Source of the DNA: Candidatus Latescibacterota bacterium
GTDB lineage: Bacteria; Latescibacterota; UBA2968; UBA8231
Length of the DNA: 64,000 nucleotides
Direction of reading: 5' to 3'
Assembly (NCBI GenBank): GCA_965261395.1
Contig: OZ253462.1
Location: 864,001 to 928,000, forward strand
A program made the translations under genes and the position numbers. The notes under the pieces were generated by a model. It was not told the DNA's origin. It did no database searches and saw nothing but the letters and a program-made list of their open reading frames with translations. Position 1 is the first letter of the stretch. Every line of letters starts with the position of its first letter. Shown in pieces: positions 61,568 through 64,000 of the stretch.

Positions 61568-62926
61568 ATGGCCGGAGACAATAAAAAACCAAACGTTATC
61601 GTCTTTTTCACAGACCAACAGCGCTGGGACACAACGGGGCTACACGGCAATCCGATGGGCCTTACGCCGCATCTCGATCGCTTGGCTCGCGAGTACACTC
61701 ACGCGGCGCATTCCTTTACGTGCCAGCCCGTCTGCGGCCCGGCGCGCTCCTGTCTGCAAACGGGTCTCTACGCCACGACCACAGGCTGTTATCGCAACGG
61801 CATTCCCTTACCCGAGGACAGCCAGACCCTCGCCCACTACTTTGCTGCGACAGGTTACGACACCGGATATATAGGCAAGTGGCATCTACACGAGCGTGGG
61901 ACTACCGGCCCAGTGCCGGCAGCGGACCGCTTTGGCTATCAGCACTGGTTGGCGTCGAATGTTCTCGAGTTTACTTCCGACGCCTATAGTACGGTCCTCT
62001 ACGACAATGACGACCAACCCGTTCGCTTACCCGGTTATCGAGTGGATGCGGTCACGGATGCCGCAATCCGCTACGTGGATGCGCACCAAGATCGTCCTTT
62101 CTTCCTTTTCATATCCTACATTGAACCTCATCACCAGAACCACTTGGACGACTATCCGCCCCCCGATGGCTATCGGGAAACCTATACCGGAGGCTGGATT
62201 CCGCCCGATCTAGCGGCACTGGCCGGCTCGACTCATCAGCACTTGGGTGGCTATTACGGGATGGTCAAGCGGCTTGATGAAGCCTATGGCCGCCTGCACG
62301 ACGCGCTCAAGAGTCTGGAGCTGGATGACGACACGATAGTGCTCTTTACTTCGGATCATGGCTGTCATTTCAAGACGCGCAACAACGAGTACAAGCGCTC
62401 TTGCCACGAAAGCTCGATCCGCGTGCCGACGGTTTTGACCGGCCCTGGTTTTCGCGGCGGCCAATTGCAAGAACTGATTAGCTTAATCGACCTGCCGCCA
62501 ACGCTCTTGGATGCGGCTGGCTTGGAAATTCCCGATCAGATGCAGGGCCGCTCGCTCATGCCGCTTTTGCGCGGTGGAGTAGCCGATTGGCCCACAGAGG
62601 TCTTCGTGCAGATCAGCGAAGCCCAAGTGGGGCGGGCCGTTCGCACCCGTCGGTGGAAATACGGGGTGGATGCTCCAGACGGGAGCGGAAGAGATATAGC
62701 AGGAGCCGATCACTACGAGGAGCAGTACCTGTACGATCTGCAGGTTGACCCCTATGAGCTGAACAACCTAGTCGGCCTTGAGTCGCACCGAGAAGTGGCC
62801 CAAGTAATGAAGGAACGGCTCTTGAGACGCATGGAAGAAGCCGGAGAGGCTCGCCCCTACGTCAAAGAGGCCGAGCAGCGCCGCTCTGGCCAGCGGAAGG
62901 TCAGGCATGAGGAAGCGCGCTCCTAG
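61568..62926 (+). CDS. Formylglycine-dependent sulfatase
   Basis: FFTDQQR, CGPAR (CxPxR), GKWH, SDHG. Confidence 0.93.
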   Translation: MAGDNKKPNVIVFFTDQQRWDTTGLHGNPMGLTPHLDRLAREYTHAAHSFTCQPVCGPARSCLQTGLYATTTGCYRNGIPLPEDSQTLAHYFAATGYDTGYIGKWHLHERGTTGPVPAADRFGYQHWLASNVLEFTSDAYSTVLYDNDDQPVRLPGYRVDAVTDAAIRYVDAHQDRPFFLFISYIEPHHQNHLDDYPPPDGYRETYTGGWIPPDLAALAGSTHQHLGGYYGMVKRLDEAYGRLHDALKSLELDDDTIVLFTSDHGCHFKTRNNEYKRSCHESSIRVPTVLTGPGFRGGQLQELISLIDLPPTLLDAAGLEIPDQMQGRSLMPLLRGGVADWPTEVFVQISEAQVGRAVRTRRWKYGVDAPDGSGRDIAGADHYEEQYLYDLQVDPYELNNLVGLESHREVAQVMKERLLRRMEEAGEARPYVKEAEQRRSGQRKVRHEEARS

Positions 62927-62934
62927 TCGGCAAT

Positions 62935-64000
62935 TTAGTTCTGCTGTTGGGGCAGTAGCGGCTGATGAGTAGAGTCCAGCTTTTCGCGCAGCGATTGAAG
63001 CTCAAATAGCCGCTTGACAACCAAAGAGATAGAGCGAGCGAACTCGCCCAATATGGTCGTTAGCCGTTCGGGGTGCCTAGGCCCGCCCATGGGTAGCCCT
63101 AGGCCTAGCATACCCTGTGCAAAGGGCTTGTCGATCAGCAGTCCGGGGCGATATATCGAGTCGGGGAAGATTTCTTGAGTCATCTGGCGAGAATCCTCGT
63201 CGGCCTCGCGTTCCCAGACCTTGTCGCGGTGCCAGTGGCTAACTAACCTTGGCAGGGAGGCAAAGTGACCGAGCGATTCTTGGAGATTTACCGCGTTTTG
63301 TAAGGAGTGGTAACCACGCGCTGCGGAATAGGCGCGATAGCAAGCAAAGAGGTTTCTTTGTTCGTCGATGACCTGTAGGTCAACCGCCTCGAATTGAACC
63401 CCCAAAGCCTCTAGCTCGTCGCCGATAATGCGCACGACTGTGCCTAGATCGCGCACTTTTTCAGCTTCGCAACCAGCTTGCAAGACGCGGAAGGCCCCTT
63501 GCTGACAGCAGTGAGCGGTAATGTCGCGCGCAATGGCCAAGCGCGCTTTTTCGCTGATGTTGACGTTGGTGATCTCGATGGGGAGAAAGCTGCCGTCACT
63601 GTGCACCATGAGTGCCTCATAGGCATTGGACGAGCCGCTGGCGACCATGTGCCGGGCTGTGGGACGGGACTGGGGAGCGAATATTAGCTCAATGCCGTCT
63701 TTGGCTAGCAATTCTTCCCCGCGATAACCTAATAGGTCGGCCAAGGTCTGACTGATGAAGAGCAAGTGCCCGTTCTCGTGGATGACAAAGGCGTTGAGGG
63801 TCTCGGCGATTTGATGCAAGCAGTCTTTGTGGGCTCGAGCTAAGCTCCCATTGTCGTCCATTAGGGAGTCTGTCGAGACGCCGAGAGAATCAGCTAAACT
63901 TTTTAGAGCCGACGAACCCGGCTGGCGCACTCGGCCGGTTTCAATGCGGGAGATAGTGGCTTGGGAGACCCCGGAGCGATCTGAGAGGTCTTTCTGGTTG
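62935..64000 (-). CDS. XRE-HTH plus PAS domain regulator (5' end outside window)
   Basis: Frame is open to the window edge: NQKDLSDRSGVSQATISRIETGRVRQP (XRE HTH), followed by a PAS domain (LLGY..EEL..ARDIT). Confidence 0.8.
   Translation of the reverse strand, partial: NQKDLSDRSGVSQATISRIETGRVRQPGSSALKSLADSLGVSTDSLMDDNGSLARAHKDCLHQIAETLNAFVIHENGHLLFISQTLADLLGYRGEELLAKDGIELIFAPQSRPTARHMVASGSSNAYEALMVHSDGSFLPIEITNVNISEKARLAIARDITAHCCQQGAFRVLQAGCEAEKVRDLGTVVRIIGDELEALGVQFEAVDLQVIDEQRNLFACYRAYSAARGYHSLQNAVNLQESLGHFASLPRLVSHWHRDKVWEREADEDSRQMTQEIFPDSIYRPGLLIDKPFAQGMLGLGLPMGGPRHPERLTTILGEFARSISLVVKRLFELQSLREKLDSTHQPLLPQQQN

Overview
Replication-origin region of a GC-rich (~60%) bacterial chromosome, most likely FCB superphylum (Latescibacterota/Gemmatimonadota-like). 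The taxonomy is inferred from a Bacteroidota-type sigma54 regulator, CtpA, DUF151-UVR proteins and the GyrA signature, and is not verified. The window holds rsmG-mnmE-yidC-yidD-rnpA-rpmH <> dnaA-oriC-dnaN-recF-dciA-gyrB-gyrA, two perfect parS sites and a second DnaA-box cluster. It also contains five tRNAs (Sec, Gln-UUG, Ser-UGA, Ser-GCU, Gln-CUG), the ispE-rplY-pth-hppA-rpsF-rplI operon, a variant cytochrome c maturation operon, sucCD, rplU-rpmA, Rne/Rng, gap and several catabolic/ABC genes. No mobile element or CRISPR array was seen. The most notable unannotated element is a stand-alone, highly structured ~210-nt RNA gene (31951-32165) with its own sigma70 promoter and terminator and a C-rich anti-Shine-Dalgarno-like loop. 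It is transcribed divergently from an XRE regulator, and a matching 16-bp palindromic operator sits in each promoter. Other oddities are a GyrA C-gate-like insert in CtpA, a CcmF-CcmH fusion with CxxxY CcmE, an N-terminally truncated RnpA, an A1-U72 tRNA-Gln overlapping the ispE stop codon, and an AT-rich trough centred on parS. All alignments and folds were done by eye.
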